A stretch of DNA of 64,000 nt, taken from assembly GCA_903860135.1 (NCBI GenBank), contig CAIOPG010000017.1, positions 139,364-203,363 on the forward strand. Direction: 5' to 3'. The stretch comes from Candidatus Omnitrophota bacterium (lineage in GTDB: Bacteria; Omnitrophota; Gorgyraeia; Zapsychrales; Fredricksoniimonadaceae). Numbering within the stretch: the first letter of the stretch is position 1; each line of letters opens with the position of its first letter. Shown here one piece after another: positions 39,598-50,140 of the stretch. The position numbers and the translations under genes are program-made. The notes below the pieces were generated by a model that saw only the letters and a list, made by a program, of their open reading frames with translations, did no database searches and had not been told where the DNA came from.

Positions 39598-40930
39598 CGT
39601 GTTTCTCCATTAACTCTGGGCCGCCAACAGCCGTGCTTTCAATGAAACCATCCGCCAGTTCAGACCTCAATGCTTGTCCAGCGCTGACATCCCGGGCTGA
39701 ACGGATCGCCCGCCCGTCCATGGCGCGTGTGATCGAAAAGCCGCGCTTAAGGATGTTCTGCGGGGAAACCATCCCGGCCAATTTTTGATAGTTGTCTATT
39801 TTAATCACAGAAGCCGTCAAACGCAAACGAATTGTCTTCCTTAACCCTTCACCTGACCTTTGAAGGCCTGTGCGCGCATCGGCCGCAGCGTTCAACGGCG
39901 CGCGTTTCAAGCGTTCCACAAACAGGACATTCTGCTCCCGGTGCCCTTTAAGCCATCGCGGCAACAGGGCCCGCAGGTCAATGGCGGCATCTTTCAGGCA
40001 TACCCTGCGGCCATTGACAGCCTCTAAGGCCGACACGCCCAGCCGCCGCCAGCATTCATCGAGCCCGCGCAGGAAAGCCATGACAGCGCCGGCCAGAAGC
40101 TGGGCAGCTGCCGTCGGTGTCTTCGTGCAGGTGTGCGCGGCAAGGTCGGCAATGCTGGTGTTAATTTCATGGCCTATCCCGGTAATCACAGGATATTTTG
40201 AGGCGGCTATGGCCAAGGCAATGTCTTTGGAATCAAAACAGGCCAGTTCCGCGATCGACCCGCCGCCCCGGGTGACCACAATGACATCCAGATCATCGCG
40301 GGCATTCAAGGCCGCGAGTGCCGCCACCACCGACGGGGCGCAATTTTTCCCCTGCATAACCGCCCGGGCCAGATAGATGCGAAAACCGCACCCGCTGCGC
40401 TGAAGTTCATCCCTGAAATCATTGTGCGCCGCCGAATCAAAGGCTGTCACAAGCCCTATGCGCAACGGCACCGCCGGCATTGCCTGCTGTTTATTCTTTT
40501 CAAGGATCCCCGATCGCATGAGTTCAGCGACAAGCTTCTGACGGTCTTGCGCCATCTTGCCGAGCGTATACACAGGATCAATGTCCTCAACAACCAGCCG
40601 GACCTGCCCGAAGCCGGTATAAAAATCCACCTTACAAAGGAACTTAACCTCGATATCATCCTTGAGGGCAAATGCATTCTCGGCGCGCGTCAAGACCGCG
40701 TCGATCCTGGGGCGGGTATTGGCCCAAATAACTAGGCCCATGCGGGCTTTTACCTCAACGGCATCCGTGGACTTCTCGACAAGCTCAAAGAAAGCGTGCG
40801 CGCGCCCCTTGTTGCGGTCATACCCCTGCACCTCGCCGCAAACCCACACCGCGCGCGGGAAGCCGGACGTGACAACGTCGCGGAGCATGGCATTGAGTTC
40901 GGAAATCGTGAAGGCTGTGCTCGTTGTCAT
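39590..40930 (-). CDS. xseA: Exodeoxyribonuclease VII large subunit
   Basis: VWVCGEV OB fold, RGGGS, GIGHE, TPTAAA, LKRGFS. Confidence 0.93.
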   Translation of the reverse strand: MTTSTAFTISELNAMLRDVVTSGFPRAVWVCGEVQGYDRNKGRAHAFFELVEKSTDAVEVKARMGLVIWANTRPRIDAVLTRAENAFALKDDIEVKFLCKVDFYTGFGQVRLVVEDIDPVYTLGKMAQDRQKLVAELMRSGILEKNKQQAMPAVPLRIGLVTAFDSAAHNDFRDELQRSGCGFRIYLARAVMQGKNCAPSVVAALAALNARDDLDVIVVTRGGGSIAELACFDSKDIALAIAASKYPVITGIGHEINTSIADLAAHTCTKTPTAAAQLLAGAVMAFLRGLDECWRRLGVSALEAVNGRRVCLKDAAIDLRALLPRWLKGHREQNVLFVERLKRAPLNAAADARTGLQRSGEGLRKTIRLRLTASVIKIDNYQKLAGMVSPQNILKRGFSITRAMDGRAIRSARDVSAGQALRSELADGFIESTAVGGPELMEKHDG

Positions 40931-40931
40931 C

Positions 40932-41210
40932 TTAATCACCCGCCTCCGTTGGAACCGGGATTTGCAAAGCGGCGACGATCCCGGATTTCAACAAATTAAA
41001 TTTTTCGGTCATGGCTTCATACTTTCTGTCGAGGACAACCGCATGGGCGTGATCTTGCTGGTCAAGGCTTGAATCATATAAAGCCTTACAATCCCGATGC
41101 TCATCAAAGGCCGTATTGAAAGCCTGCACACACTGCGCATACCCCTCAAACCCGCAAGGAACAGGTGCGGTCAGGTCAAGTTTACGGCTGATGATACGGC
41201 GCTGTTCCAT
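40932..41210 (-). CDS. Hypothetical protein (~92 aa)
   Basis: Co-oriented ORF abutting xseA; start uncertain. Confidence 0.5.
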   Translation of the reverse strand: MEQRRIISRKLDLTAPVPCGFEGYAQCVQAFNTAFDEHRDCKALYDSSLDQQDHAHAVVLDRKYEAMTEKFNLLKSGIVAALQIPVPTEAGD

Positions 41211-41311
41211 GACATAAACACGCTCCAGGTTGGCCTCTATTTCCTTCCGGAAAACAACTGTCCGCGACAACGCTTTTGCGCAGAACAAGCCCGCCCATGG
41301 CCAGCCCCTGG

Positions 41312-42085
41312 TCATACGGCATCGAGCTTTAACGTGATCCCCACCGGGCAGTGATCTGAACCCAGGACATCTCCGAGGATAAACGCATGGCTCAGCGCCG
41401 GCAATAAGGCCTGGTCAATGAAACAATAATCAATGCGCCACCCGACATTACGCGCCCGCGCCCCTGTCTTGAAATCCCACCAGGAATAATGCCCGCCGTC
41501 AGGCGTAAAATGACGAAAAGTGTCGACATACCCCGCGTCAAGGAAGCGCGTCACCCAGGCCCGCTCTTCGGGCAGGAAGCCGGTGTTCTTCACATTCTCT
41601 TTAGGCCGTGCCAGATCAACGGGCTGATGGGCCGTATTAACATCCCCGACAATGACCACATGCCGCCCCTGACGCCGAAAGGCTTCGGCCTTTTTCAGGA
41701 AAAGCTCATAGAACGCCAGCTTGAAAGGCACCCGTTTGTTCCCCGCCCCGCCGTTAGGATAATAAATATTAAAAAGGACAAAGTCACCCATATCCAGGAT
41801 AAGGGTGCGACCTTCACTGTCAAACACAGCGTCGCCCAACCCTTGCGCGACCGACAACGGCTCCTGCCGCGTATAAACAGCCACACCGCTGTATCCTTTT
41901 TTCTCCGCCGCGCACCAGCATGCGCTATAGCCAGGGACCTGCAGCAACGCCGCATCGAGCTGTTCCGGCGCCGCTTTGGTTTCCTGCAGGCAAAGGATGT
42001 CGGGGTTCTCTTTCTTAAACCAGTCGAGGAAGCCCTTCTTCTGGACAGCCCGTATCCCGTTAACATTCCAGCTGATCAACCGCAT
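41312..42085 (-). CDS. xth: Exodeoxyribonuclease III / AP endonuclease
   Basis: SWNVNGIRA, CLQETK, GDVNTAH, GWRIDY, SDHCP. Confidence 0.95.
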   Translation of the reverse strand: MRLISWNVNGIRAVQKKGFLDWFKKENPDILCLQETKAAPEQLDAALLQVPGYSACWCAAEKKGYSGVAVYTRQEPLSVAQGLGDAVFDSEGRTLILDMGDFVLFNIYYPNGGAGNKRVPFKLAFYELFLKKAEAFRRQGRHVVIVGDVNTAHQPVDLARPKENVKNTGFLPEERAWVTRFLDAGYVDTFRHFTPDGGHYSWWDFKTGARARNVGWRIDYCFIDQALLPALSHAFILGDVLGSDHCPVGITLKLDAV

Positions 42086-42201
42086 GGCATCACCTGCAAC
42101 CTCATCATTAGCGCATCAAAAGAAAACGCTCCGAAGTATCCCGCAGGACACCACAGAGCACCAAAAAACACGATGGTACCATCATCATGATCAAAACCAA
42201 G

Positions 42202-42675
42202 TTAGACGGACTTGCGATTGATCTTGGCAAAAGTGCCCAACACCCTTTCCAGCAGTTCACTCCAGGCCACATTATATGCCTTATCAAAATAGACCGTCTG
42301 TTCCACGTCAACGCCATTGATCTCGCTGATCTCAATGCCCGCCCTAAAACAAGGTTTGTTATCCGGAAATACCCCGATAGAACGGCACCAGCAAACTTCG
42401 CCTTTCATGGAAAAAACATCCTCACTGTTAGGCAACTGCAGATCTATCCAGAGAACATCACCTGGCTCAAGCGCCTTGGCTGTTTCAAAAGACAACCCGC
42501 ACACCGAAATATCCTTCGAGAAGCCGGTGTAATCCTGCTCGCGGCCTTCCTGGATCTCTTCGTCCACCTTGAAGCTGACCTTGACACTGAAATCATAGGC
42601 AATACGGAATTTGAGCGTGGCATCGGTCGCGTAACGGCAGGACTTGCGTTTGTCGATCACGTTGCATTGTTCCAT
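42202..42675 (-). CDS. PilZ-domain protein
   Basis: KRKSCR (RxxxR) and DISVCG (DxSxxG) motifs. Confidence 0.8.
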   Translation of the reverse strand: MEQCNVIDKRKSCRYATDATLKFRIAYDFSVKVSFKVDEEIQEGREQDYTGFSKDISVCGLSFETAKALEPGDVLWIDLQLPNSEDVFSMKGEVCWCRSIGVFPDNKPCFRAGIEISEINGVDVEQTVYFDKAYNVAWSELLERVLGTFAKINRKSV

Positions 42676-42758
42676 CGCGGTTCTCCAGGAGCTATATGTC
42701 TGACTAAATCTACATCACTATACCCATGAACAAATATATTGCAAAGGAATTCGCGGAG

Positions 42759-43334
42759 TTATACCCTCAGGAAGAAAGCCGCGAAACCCTTCACGGTGCG
42801 TGCGGTCAACGGAGCGAGCGCTTCCGCGTACTTGCCCTGAGAATACTGGATAATGCCCAGCGCGTTTGTGTGCTCTCCTGGCATGACCGTGATCGGCAAC
42901 GGAACCGCGATCATGCCCATGTATTTGGCATAGGTGTGCAAGGCCTGGAGGCAAAGGTCTGCCCCGCCCTCGGTATTCCCGGCCGAGGTGAACGCCGCGA
43001 ACTTCTTGCCGGCCAGCCCGCCCTCGTACCATATCTTCCCGGTAGAATCCATGAACGCTTTCATTGAAGCCGAAACATTGCCAAAATATGTCGGGGACCC
43101 CATGATAATGCCGTCAGCCTTGAGCATCGCTTCGCCCGTCGCGAGGGGCACCGCGCGCATCGCATGGACGTTGGCTTGTGCCTCTGGCGTAAGCCCCGGC
43201 TTCTCGACCCACCCCTGGTCTGCGGTACGCCAGAGCGTGACATTGGCTCCCAACACTTTAAATTCTTCCTCAAATTTCTTGGCCACCAGATAATCATTGC
43301 CGCACACACTGTGAAATATGATCATGATATTCAT
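42759..43334 (-). CDS. WrbA-like NAD(P)H:quinone oxidoreductase (flavodoxin fold)
   Basis: GSPTYFGN, MKAFMD, LAGK..AAFTS. Confidence 0.85.
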   Translation of the reverse strand: MNIMIIFHSVCGNDYLVAKKFEEEFKVLGANVTLWRTADQGWVEKPGLTPEAQANVHAMRAVPLATGEAMLKADGIIMGSPTYFGNVSASMKAFMDSTGKIWYEGGLAGKKFAAFTSAGNTEGGADLCLQALHTYAKYMGMIAVPLPITVMPGEHTNALGIIQYSQGKYAEALAPLTARTVKGFAAFFLRV

Positions 43335-43359
43335 AAGTCCAACTCCTGTCCTGTTCCGA

Positions 43360-44802
43360 CTACCGGATTAACGCATACGCCAAACTGATCAAGACCACCG
43401 CATAAGGCAAGGACATCATGAACATCCGTCCGTAAGACAATCCAATATGCCGGGCCATGGCGCTCGTCAGAAGAAAAAGAAAGGCCGCCTGACCATTGGG
43501 TGTCAGGATCGAAAAGATATTGGTCCCGGCATTGATAAGAAGCGCAATCTTGTCAAACTGAATACGGTCAATGACCCCCTGCGTCAGGGCATTGTGTGCC
43601 TGATGGATATAGATACTGGCCACAAAAACATTATCGCTCACCGCCGAAAGGATGCCGCTGGCCAGAAAGAACGCATACAACTGCCCCTTGCCTTCAAACT
43701 GCAACGCCAGGCGCGTGATCGGCTCAAAAAGGCCCAGCGATTCGATCATGGCCACGATCACAAAGAACACCACCAGCAGTGCGGCAAAAGGCATCGACTC
43801 CTCAAATGACCGCCCGATCTCCTGCTCGCTCGTCTGGCCTGTCAAGACCGGCAAGGTGATCAACAGGCCAAGGCCGATGATCCCGATCGGCGCCATCTGC
43901 CAGGCCAACGCCAGCATGAGGCAGACCAGCGCCACCAGCATGATCCCCATCCTGACCGGATGCGCCGCATCATTCCTGGCGAGCAACGCCGCCGACTTCT
44001 GCTCGATCGCTGCCGCCACATGATCGGAAATCTGATACCCGAATCCAAAGGCCCGCACACGCCAGAATTCAAGGCTGAAACAAAGCACGATCCCGGCCAG
44101 CTGGAGCGGGATCGAGAAATGCGCCATTTTCATATAAAAGTCCTGAAAACCCCACCCGGCATACTTGGCAATAAGGATATTCTGCGGTTCGCCGATCAGG
44201 GTGGCCACGCCGCCGATGGCTGTGCCCACCGCTCCGTGCATCAAAAGGTTCCTCAGGAAACCATTGAATTCTTCAGCATCACCGGTGGATGTGAGCTCCA
44301 CGGACACATAAATTTCCCTGATAGCCACACAAACACTGATCATGACCGCCAGGACGGTCAAGGCATCGAGCCACGCGGACAGGAATGCCCCTGCGGCAAG
44401 AAAGATCAGGCTCAGGGCGATCTTGTTCCGGATCGCCGCAAAAAGCTTCATGAACAGCCAGGCCAGGAAAGGCTGCATGAAATGGATGGCCGGCACCATG
44501 AACATCAGGAGCATCAGCACATCGATGTTGTTGGTGACTTCTTTCATCACATGCGCCGAAGACGTCATGTTGAGCGCCAACACTTCCAGCGCCAGCAGTC
44601 CACCGGGGAAAAGGGGATACGCTTTCAGGGACATGCCCAGGATAAGCAGGAATTCAACCAGTACCACCCAGCCCGTGATGAAAGAGCCGGCTGAAAAATA
44701 TAACAGCACATTGCCCGCCAGGAAGCCAACGATGAGTTTCTTGTACCAGGCTGGGGCAGAACCCATGAAGAGCGTGCCGCCGTGCGTGAGGGTCTTGATC
44801 AT
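43360..44802 (-). CDS. nhaB: Na+/H+ antiporter NhaB
   Basis: F.G.AP.WYK, YPLFPGGLLALE, LDALTV, GEPQN, SDNVFV, TPNGQAAFLFLLTS. Confidence 0.92.
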   Translation of the reverse strand: MIKTLTHGGTLFMGSAPAWYKKLIVGFLAGNVLLYFSAGSFITGWVVLVEFLLILGMSLKAYPLFPGGLLALEVLALNMTSSAHVMKEVTNNIDVLMLLMFMVPAIHFMQPFLAWLFMKLFAAIRNKIALSLIFLAAGAFLSAWLDALTVLAVMISVCVAIREIYVSVELTSTGDAEEFNGFLRNLLMHGAVGTAIGGVATLIGEPQNILIAKYAGWGFQDFYMKMAHFSIPLQLAGIVLCFSLEFWRVRAFGFGYQISDHVAAAIEQKSAALLARNDAAHPVRMGIMLVALVCLMLALAWQMAPIGIIGLGLLITLPVLTGQTSEQEIGRSFEESMPFAALLVVFFVIVAMIESLGLFEPITRLALQFEGKGQLYAFFLASGILSAVSDNVFVASIYIHQAHNALTQGVIDRIQFDKIALLINAGTNIFSILTPNGQAAFLFLLTSAMARHIGLSYGRMFMMSLPYAVVLISLAYALIR

Positions 44803-44820
44803 GATACGCCTTCCGGTGTG

Positions 44821-45240
44821 CTATTCAACCTTTGTGGCGGCAATGTCGAGGTTCGCTATGCCCAGGGCCGACAGGATATCCAGGACATCCACAACGTCCC
44901 GGAACCGCGTCTGCTGGTCGGAACGCAGGTAGACGTTCAGGGAAGGATTTTCTTTCTTCAACGCCGCTATCTTGCTTTTTAATTCTTTCAGCGTCACCAC
45001 TTTATCATCCAGATAAACCATCCCCTCGCTCGTGACGGAAACAACGGACTGCGACTGTTTGGCCCGGCCTGTATCACGGGGTTCAGCACCTTTTGAATCC
45101 GGCAGTTTGACCTTGATGCTCGACTGGTACATGAGCGGTGTGGCCAGCATGAAAATAACCAGCAACACAAGGATCACATCCGTAAAGGGGGTGATATTGA
45201 TGTCGGTGACCAAAGGGCGTGTGCGCGGACGCCTTTTCAT
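44821..45240 (-). CDS. ExbD/TolR family protein
   Basis: INITPFTDVILVLLVIFM. Confidence 0.9.
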   Translation of the reverse strand: MKRRPRTRPLVTDINITPFTDVILVLLVIFMLATPLMYQSSIKVKLPDSKGAEPRDTGRAKQSQSVVSVTSEGMVYLDDKVVTLKELKSKIAALKKENPSLNVYLRSDQQTRFRDVVDVLDILSALGIANLDIAATKVE

Positions 45241-45854
45241 GCCCTGACTCCCGTCAGAAGGTCGCGCGCCTCAGAGGCGGCCAGGTCCATGTCCATCACA
45301 AAACGCTCGATGCGGCTCTGGCAATAATTAAAAGCAATGACCGCCGGGACAGCGACACAGAGCCCTACGGCTGTACAAACCAGCGCCTCGGCAATGCCGT
45401 TGATGACCACACCCATCCCGCCGCTGCCCTGCGTGGAAATATCATGAAAAGCGCGGATGATCCCCAGCACCGTCCCGAAAAGGCCGATGTAAACCGCCGT
45501 GCTCCCGATGGTGCCGATGATGGCCGTGCGGCGTTCAAGTTTGATCGTCTCGATGGTGATCTGACGTTCCATGGCATTGTCCATGATCTCGCCCGGGCTG
45601 TTGCGCAGGGCAAGGCCGGTGCCGACAACGGCGGCATACGGCGTTTCCGTATGCTGGCATATCTCCTGCGCCTTGGCAAAATTACCCCGGCGGATCTGCC
45701 CGGCAATATCCATCATGAAAATATCCCGGGTCAGACGCGACGAGCGATAATACAGGATAGCGCGTTCTAAAATAACCGCCAACGACAGCATCGACAGCAA
45801 CGACAGGACAATGACCGTGCCCCCGCCCATGTGAAGCATTTGCCAGAGTGACAT
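45237..45854 (-). CDS. MotA/TolQ/ExbB proton channel
   Basis: IGLFGTVLGII.AF, GIAEALVCTAVGL.VAVPA. Confidence 0.9.
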   Translation of the reverse strand: MSLWQMLHMGGGTVIVLSLLSMLSLAVILERAILYYRSSRLTRDIFMMDIAGQIRRGNFAKAQEICQHTETPYAAVVGTGLALRNSPGEIMDNAMERQITIETIKLERRTAIIGTIGSTAVYIGLFGTVLGIIRAFHDISTQGSGGMGVVINGIAEALVCTAVGLCVAVPAVIAFNYCQSRIERFVMDMDLAASEARDLLTGVRA

Positions 45855-45900
45855 GAAAACTCTCCCCTTGAAAGTAGCCTAATAAGAAAACGATGAAGGA

Positions 45901-45929
45901 ACTCTAGCAAAAAGAGGGCTTGGCGTCAA
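45901..45929 (-). promoter_or_regulatory. Candidate promoter of exbBD-nhaB
   Basis: TTGACG, 17-nt spacer, TAGAGT with extended TG. Confidence 0.55.
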
Positions 45930-45945
45930 TGGAAAGGGGGAATAA

Positions 45946-45980
45946 TAAGGCCCCCGGGATTTGTCGCCCCGGAGGCCTTA
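45946..45980 (-). terminator. Hairpin/terminator after hppA
   Basis: Minus strand taaggcctccgggg...cccgggggcctta followed by ttatt. Confidence 0.55.
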
Positions 45981-46011
45981 TCTGGATGCCAACAGGCTTT
46001 TGGCCTGGTGA

Positions 46012-48417
46012 TTACTTCTTGACTTCTTCGCCGATGATCTGCATGTCCGTGAAAGACTTGATCACGAAGAATACGGACACCGCGAAGAACCCGATGGCGA
46101 GAGCCATATTGAGTGCCGCGCTCAACTGCAGGGCGATCTCGATGGCCAGCAAACCAAACAGGGTGGTGAACTTGATGATCGGATTCAAGGCCACCGAAGA
46201 CGTATCCTTGAAAGGGTCGCCAACGGTGTCGCCAACAACCGATGCCGCATGCAATTCGGTACCTTTTTCACGCAGGTTGACCTCAACGACCTTCTTCGCA
46301 TTGTCCCACGCGCCGCCGGCATTGGCCATGAAAATAGCCTGATACAGCCCGAACAGCGCGATGGAAATAAGGTACCCGATGAAGAAATACGCATTCAGGC
46401 ACGCGAAAGACAAGGTGGCAAACAAGACCGCCAGGAACAAATTGATCATCCCCTTCTGCGCAAACTGCGTGCAGATCTCGACAACCTTCTTGCTGTCTTC
46501 GGTCGATGCTTTGTCCGACCCTTCCAGCTTGATGTTCTTCTTGATGAATTCCACCGTATGGTACGCCCCGGCCACAACAGCCAGCGTTGACGCGCCCGTA
46601 AACCAGTAGATCATCGCGCCGCCGAGCATAAGCCCCAGCAGGAAAGGCGGATACAGGACAGACAGGAACTGGATGTTCGTTGTCAGCCCGGCCGTCAGGA
46701 TCATGATGATCGAGAAGATCATGGTGGTTGCGCCAACAACCGCGGTGCCGATCAATACCGGTTTGGACGTGGCCTTGAACGTGTTGCCCGCGCCGTCATT
46801 GGACTCGAGGTAATGCTTGGCTTTCTCAAAATCAGGCGTAAAGCCAAAGTCCTTCTTGATCTCCGCCGGAGAAACCTTCTCGATGAGCGACAGCTCATAG
46901 ATCGACTGCGCGTTATCCGCGACCGGGCCGTAAGAATCAACCGCGATCGTGACCGGGCCCATGCCCAGAAAACCGAACGCCACCAGACCGAAGGCAAAGA
47001 TTGACGGGGCCAGCATCAGGACATCAAGCCCCAATCCGCTGATACCATAAGCAATCGCCATCAAGGCCGCGATCGTAAGCCCCATCCAGTAAGCACTGTA
47101 ATTACCGGTCACAAGGCCCGCGAGGATGTTCAGCGACGCGCCGCCTTTTTTGGACGATTCGACGATGTTCTTGACGAACGCTGATTCCGGTGATGTGAAG
47201 ATCTTCACCAGTTCAGGGATAACAGCACCGGCGATCGTGCCGCAGGTGATGATCGACGCGAGCTTCCACCACATCGTGCCATCGCCCATGGTCGGGATCA
47301 GCACATACGATGCCGCGAACGTGAAAACAATGGAAACCAACGACGTGATCCAGACCAGCGATGTCAACGGATCCTCAAAGTTCATTTCCTTGGCACCGGC
47401 ATAACGGGCTTTGGAAATTTGCTCATTAAGCCAATAAGAGAACGCACTGGCGATGATCATGAGCAAGCGCATGACAAAGATCCAGACCAGGAGCTGAACC
47501 TGCACCAGCGGCTCTTTGACCGCCAGCAGGATAAAGGAAATGAGCGCCACACCCGTAACGCCGTACGTTTCAAAACCGTCGGCCGTCGGACCAACGGAAT
47601 CGCCGGCATTGTCGCCCGTGCAATCGGCAATGACACCCGGATTGCGCGCATCGTCTTCCTTGATATTGAACACGATCTTCATCAGGTCAGAACCGATGTC
47701 CGCGATCTTGGTGAAAATACCACCGGCAATACGCAGAACAGAAGCGCCGAGCGATTCACCGATGGCAAAACCGATAAAACACGGCCCGGCATACGACGGA
47801 TCAATGAAGAGAAGAATGGCCAGCATGACCAGAAGCTCGGTTGAGATCAGGAGCATCCCGATCGACATTCCCGCCTGGATCGGAATAGAGTAAACAGGAT
47901 AAGGCGAACCGGCGAGCGAGGCGAACGCGGAACGGGAATTAGCCATCGTATTGATGCGCATCCCGAACCAGGCCACACCGTAACTGCCCGCGATACCGAT
48001 CAGCGAACAAATCAGGATCATCGCGACCTTGGCAAACTCCATGTGACGCAGCCAGCCGAAATACGCGATCATGACAATACCGACAAGCAACTCGAGGATC
48101 AAAAGGAACTTGCCCTGGGTGATCAGGTAGGTCTTGCAGGTTTCATAAATGAGCTCGGAAATATCTTTCATCGCCTTGTGGACCGGCATCTTCATGATGC
48201 TGACAAACTGCACCAGGCCAAACAGGAACCCGAACACGCAGATCAGGATGCCGTAGGTCAAAAGCGTCTTGCCATCAAGCCCCAGAAAAGAAACAGACGC
48301 GAGATTCGGCACAATAAGATCCGCTTCGCCCGCCCATGCCGATGTCAATCCAACGGCCAACAGCGCCAACGGTGACAAAAGCATCGGTTTTAAGAATTTC
48401 TTCACAAAACTTCCCAT
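46012..48417 (-). CDS. hppA: Membrane-bound pyrophosphatase ion pump, K+-independent type
   Basis: GGIFTKIADIGSDL, EDDARNPG, DSYGPVADNA, GNTFKA (Lys = K+-independent signature), GDTVGDPFKDTS. Confidence 0.93.
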   Translation of the reverse strand: MGSFVKKFLKPMLLSPLALLAVGLTSAWAGEADLIVPNLASVSFLGLDGKTLLTYGILICVFGFLFGLVQFVSIMKMPVHKAMKDISELIYETCKTYLITQGKFLLILELLVGIVMIAYFGWLRHMEFAKVAMILICSLIGIAGSYGVAWFGMRINTMANSRSAFASLAGSPYPVYSIPIQAGMSIGMLLISTELLVMLAILLFIDPSYAGPCFIGFAIGESLGASVLRIAGGIFTKIADIGSDLMKIVFNIKEDDARNPGVIADCTGDNAGDSVGPTADGFETYGVTGVALISFILLAVKEPLVQVQLLVWIFVMRLLMIIASAFSYWLNEQISKARYAGAKEMNFEDPLTSLVWITSLVSIVFTFAASYVLIPTMGDGTMWWKLASIITCGTIAGAVIPELVKIFTSPESAFVKNIVESSKKGGASLNILAGLVTGNYSAYWMGLTIAALMAIAYGISGLGLDVLMLAPSIFAFGLVAFGFLGMGPVTIAVDSYGPVADNAQSIYELSLIEKVSPAEIKKDFGFTPDFEKAKHYLESNDGAGNTFKATSKPVLIGTAVVGATTMIFSIIMILTAGLTTNIQFLSVLYPPFLLGLMLGGAMIYWFTGASTLAVVAGAYHTVEFIKKNIKLEGSDKASTEDSKKVVEICTQFAQKGMINLFLAVLFATLSFACLNAYFFIGYLISIALFGLYQAIFMANAGGAWDNAKKVVEVNLREKGTELHAASVVGDTVGDPFKDTSSVALNPIIKFTTLFGLLAIEIALQLSAALNMALAIGFFAVSVFFVIKSFTDMQIIGEEVKK

Positions 48418-48620
48418 ACAACATCCTCCTCTTAGATTTAATGCCTTGCCGTCAAGACCATCTACACGCATCCGGCGGTAAGGTAATGGATACTCTTCTT
48501 CATCAACCGCTAGCCGATGAAGAACTGGTTAATGTGAATTTAAAGAATATAACGCTGATAGGGCATCAAGTCTAGGGTAAAGATAAAAAATTTACCCCCA
48601 TATTTTCGAAGACGGTTGCC

Positions 48621-48648
48621 TTGACAATAAAACATCATCTGGTAGTCT
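48621..48648 (+). promoter_or_regulatory. Candidate promoter of the pnt operon
   Basis: TTGACA, 16-nt spacer, TAGTCT with extended TG. Confidence 0.55.
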
Positions 48649-48689
48649 ATGCTCATTGCATTTTATCCTGGCCTTATCAAGGAGCTCCC

Positions 48690-49796
48690 ATGATCATCGG
48701 CGTTGTCAAAGAAACCATTCCCGGAGAACTCCGCTGTGCCCTGGTGCCTGCCGGCACTGCGAAACTGGTCAAAAAAGGTTGTGCGGTCATCGTCGAAACC
48801 GGCCTTGGCAACGCCGCCTGTATCTCCGACAATGCTTATACCGCCGCTGGCGCCGTGATCTCCGCCCGTACCGATGTCCTCCGCCAGGCAGACATCCTGC
48901 TGAAGGTGCGCAAACCCCTTATAGAAGAAGCCGGCCAGATCAAACCCGGATGCGTGCATATCAGTTTCCTGGACCCGTTCAATGAAAAAGACCTGATCCT
49001 TGCCCTGGCCCAGGCGCATATTTCCGCGGTCAGCCTGGAAATGATCCCGCGCACGACCATTGCCCAGAAAATGGATGCCTTAAGTTCACAGGCCAACCTC
49101 GCCGGCTATGCCGCGGTGGTGCTTGCGGCTGAACGCCTCAATAAAATATTCCCCATGATGATGACCCCCTCGGGCACGATCTCGCCAGCCCGTGTTTTTG
49201 TGGTCGGTGCCGGTGTTGCCGGCTTGCAAGCCATCGCGACCGCCCGGCGCCTGGGCGCACGTGTGGATGCTTTTGATACCCGCCCGGTCGTTAAAGAACA
49301 AGTCCAGTCACTGGGCGCTAAATTCGTTGAGATTGATCTGGGAGAAACCGGTCAGACCAAAGACGGTTACGCCAAAGCACTGACACCGGATCAGCTCGAT
49401 AAGCAGCGCGCCGGCATGGCCAAGGTCTGCGCCCAGAGCGATGTGGTCATCACCACGGCCCAGATCTTTGGGATGAAAGCACCGGTCATCATCACCCGCG
49501 CCATGCTCAACGGCATGAAACCCGGCAGTGTTGTCCTTGATATGGCCATTGAATCCGGCGGCAATGTCGAAGGGGCTCGCTTGAATGAGGAAGTTGATAT
49601 CAACGGTGTGCGTGTGATCGGCCCTGGCAATCTCGCATCACGCGCCAGTGTCAATGCCTCCGAGATGTTCAGTGCCAATCTGGTTAACTTTATTGAACAT
49701 TTCTGGAATAAAGAAAAGAACATCTTTGTCCTCAACCAGGAAGACACGCTTATCCAAGGATGTCTGATCACCCATCAAGGGAAAGTTCTCAAATAA
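48690..49796 (+). CDS. pntA: NAD(P) transhydrogenase alpha subunit, part 1
   Basis: MDALSSQANLAGY, GAGVAGLQAIATA, DVVITTA. Confidence 0.95.
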   Translation: MIIGVVKETIPGELRCALVPAGTAKLVKKGCAVIVETGLGNAACISDNAYTAAGAVISARTDVLRQADILLKVRKPLIEEAGQIKPGCVHISFLDPFNEKDLILALAQAHISAVSLEMIPRTTIAQKMDALSSQANLAGYAAVVLAAERLNKIFPMMMTPSGTISPARVFVVGAGVAGLQAIATARRLGARVDAFDTRPVVKEQVQSLGAKFVEIDLGETGQTKDGYAKALTPDQLDKQRAGMAKVCAQSDVVITTAQIFGMKAPVIITRAMLNGMKPGSVVLDMAIESGGNVEGARLNEEVDINGVRVIGPGNLASRASVNASEMFSANLVNFIEHFWNKEKNIFVLNQEDTLIQGCLITHQGKVLK

Positions 49797-49804
49797 GGAG
49801 TGTT

Positions 49805-50140
49805 ATGGAACAGCAGATCATCCCCTTTATTTACCTGTTGTATATTTTGGCCCTGTCGATCTTCCTGGGCTTCGCGCTGATCAGCCGGGTGCCGCCACTG
49901 CTCCATACCCCGCTCATGTCCGAGGCCAATGCGATCTCGGGGATCACCATAGTGGGGGCGCTCATCGCGGCAGGCTCCGGCGATGCCAATGCCCCGCTCA
50001 CGATATTCCTGGGGACTGCGGCCGTGGCCATGGCCATGTTCAACGTGGTCGGGGGCTATCTGGTCACCGAGCGCATGCTCAAAATGTTCAAGGCCAAAGT
50101 TTCCGTTCATCCCGCTGTAACCGCAAAGGCAACATCATGA
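49805..50140 (+). CDS. NAD(P) transhydrogenase alpha subunit, part 2 (membrane)
   Basis: VPPLLHTPLMS..NAISG, NVVGGY.VT.RML. Confidence 0.93.
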   Translation: MEQQIIPFIYLLYILALSIFLGFALISRVPPLLHTPLMSEANAISGITIVGALIAAGSGDANAPLTIFLGTAAVAMAMFNVVGGYLVTERMLKMFKAKVSVHPAVTAKATS

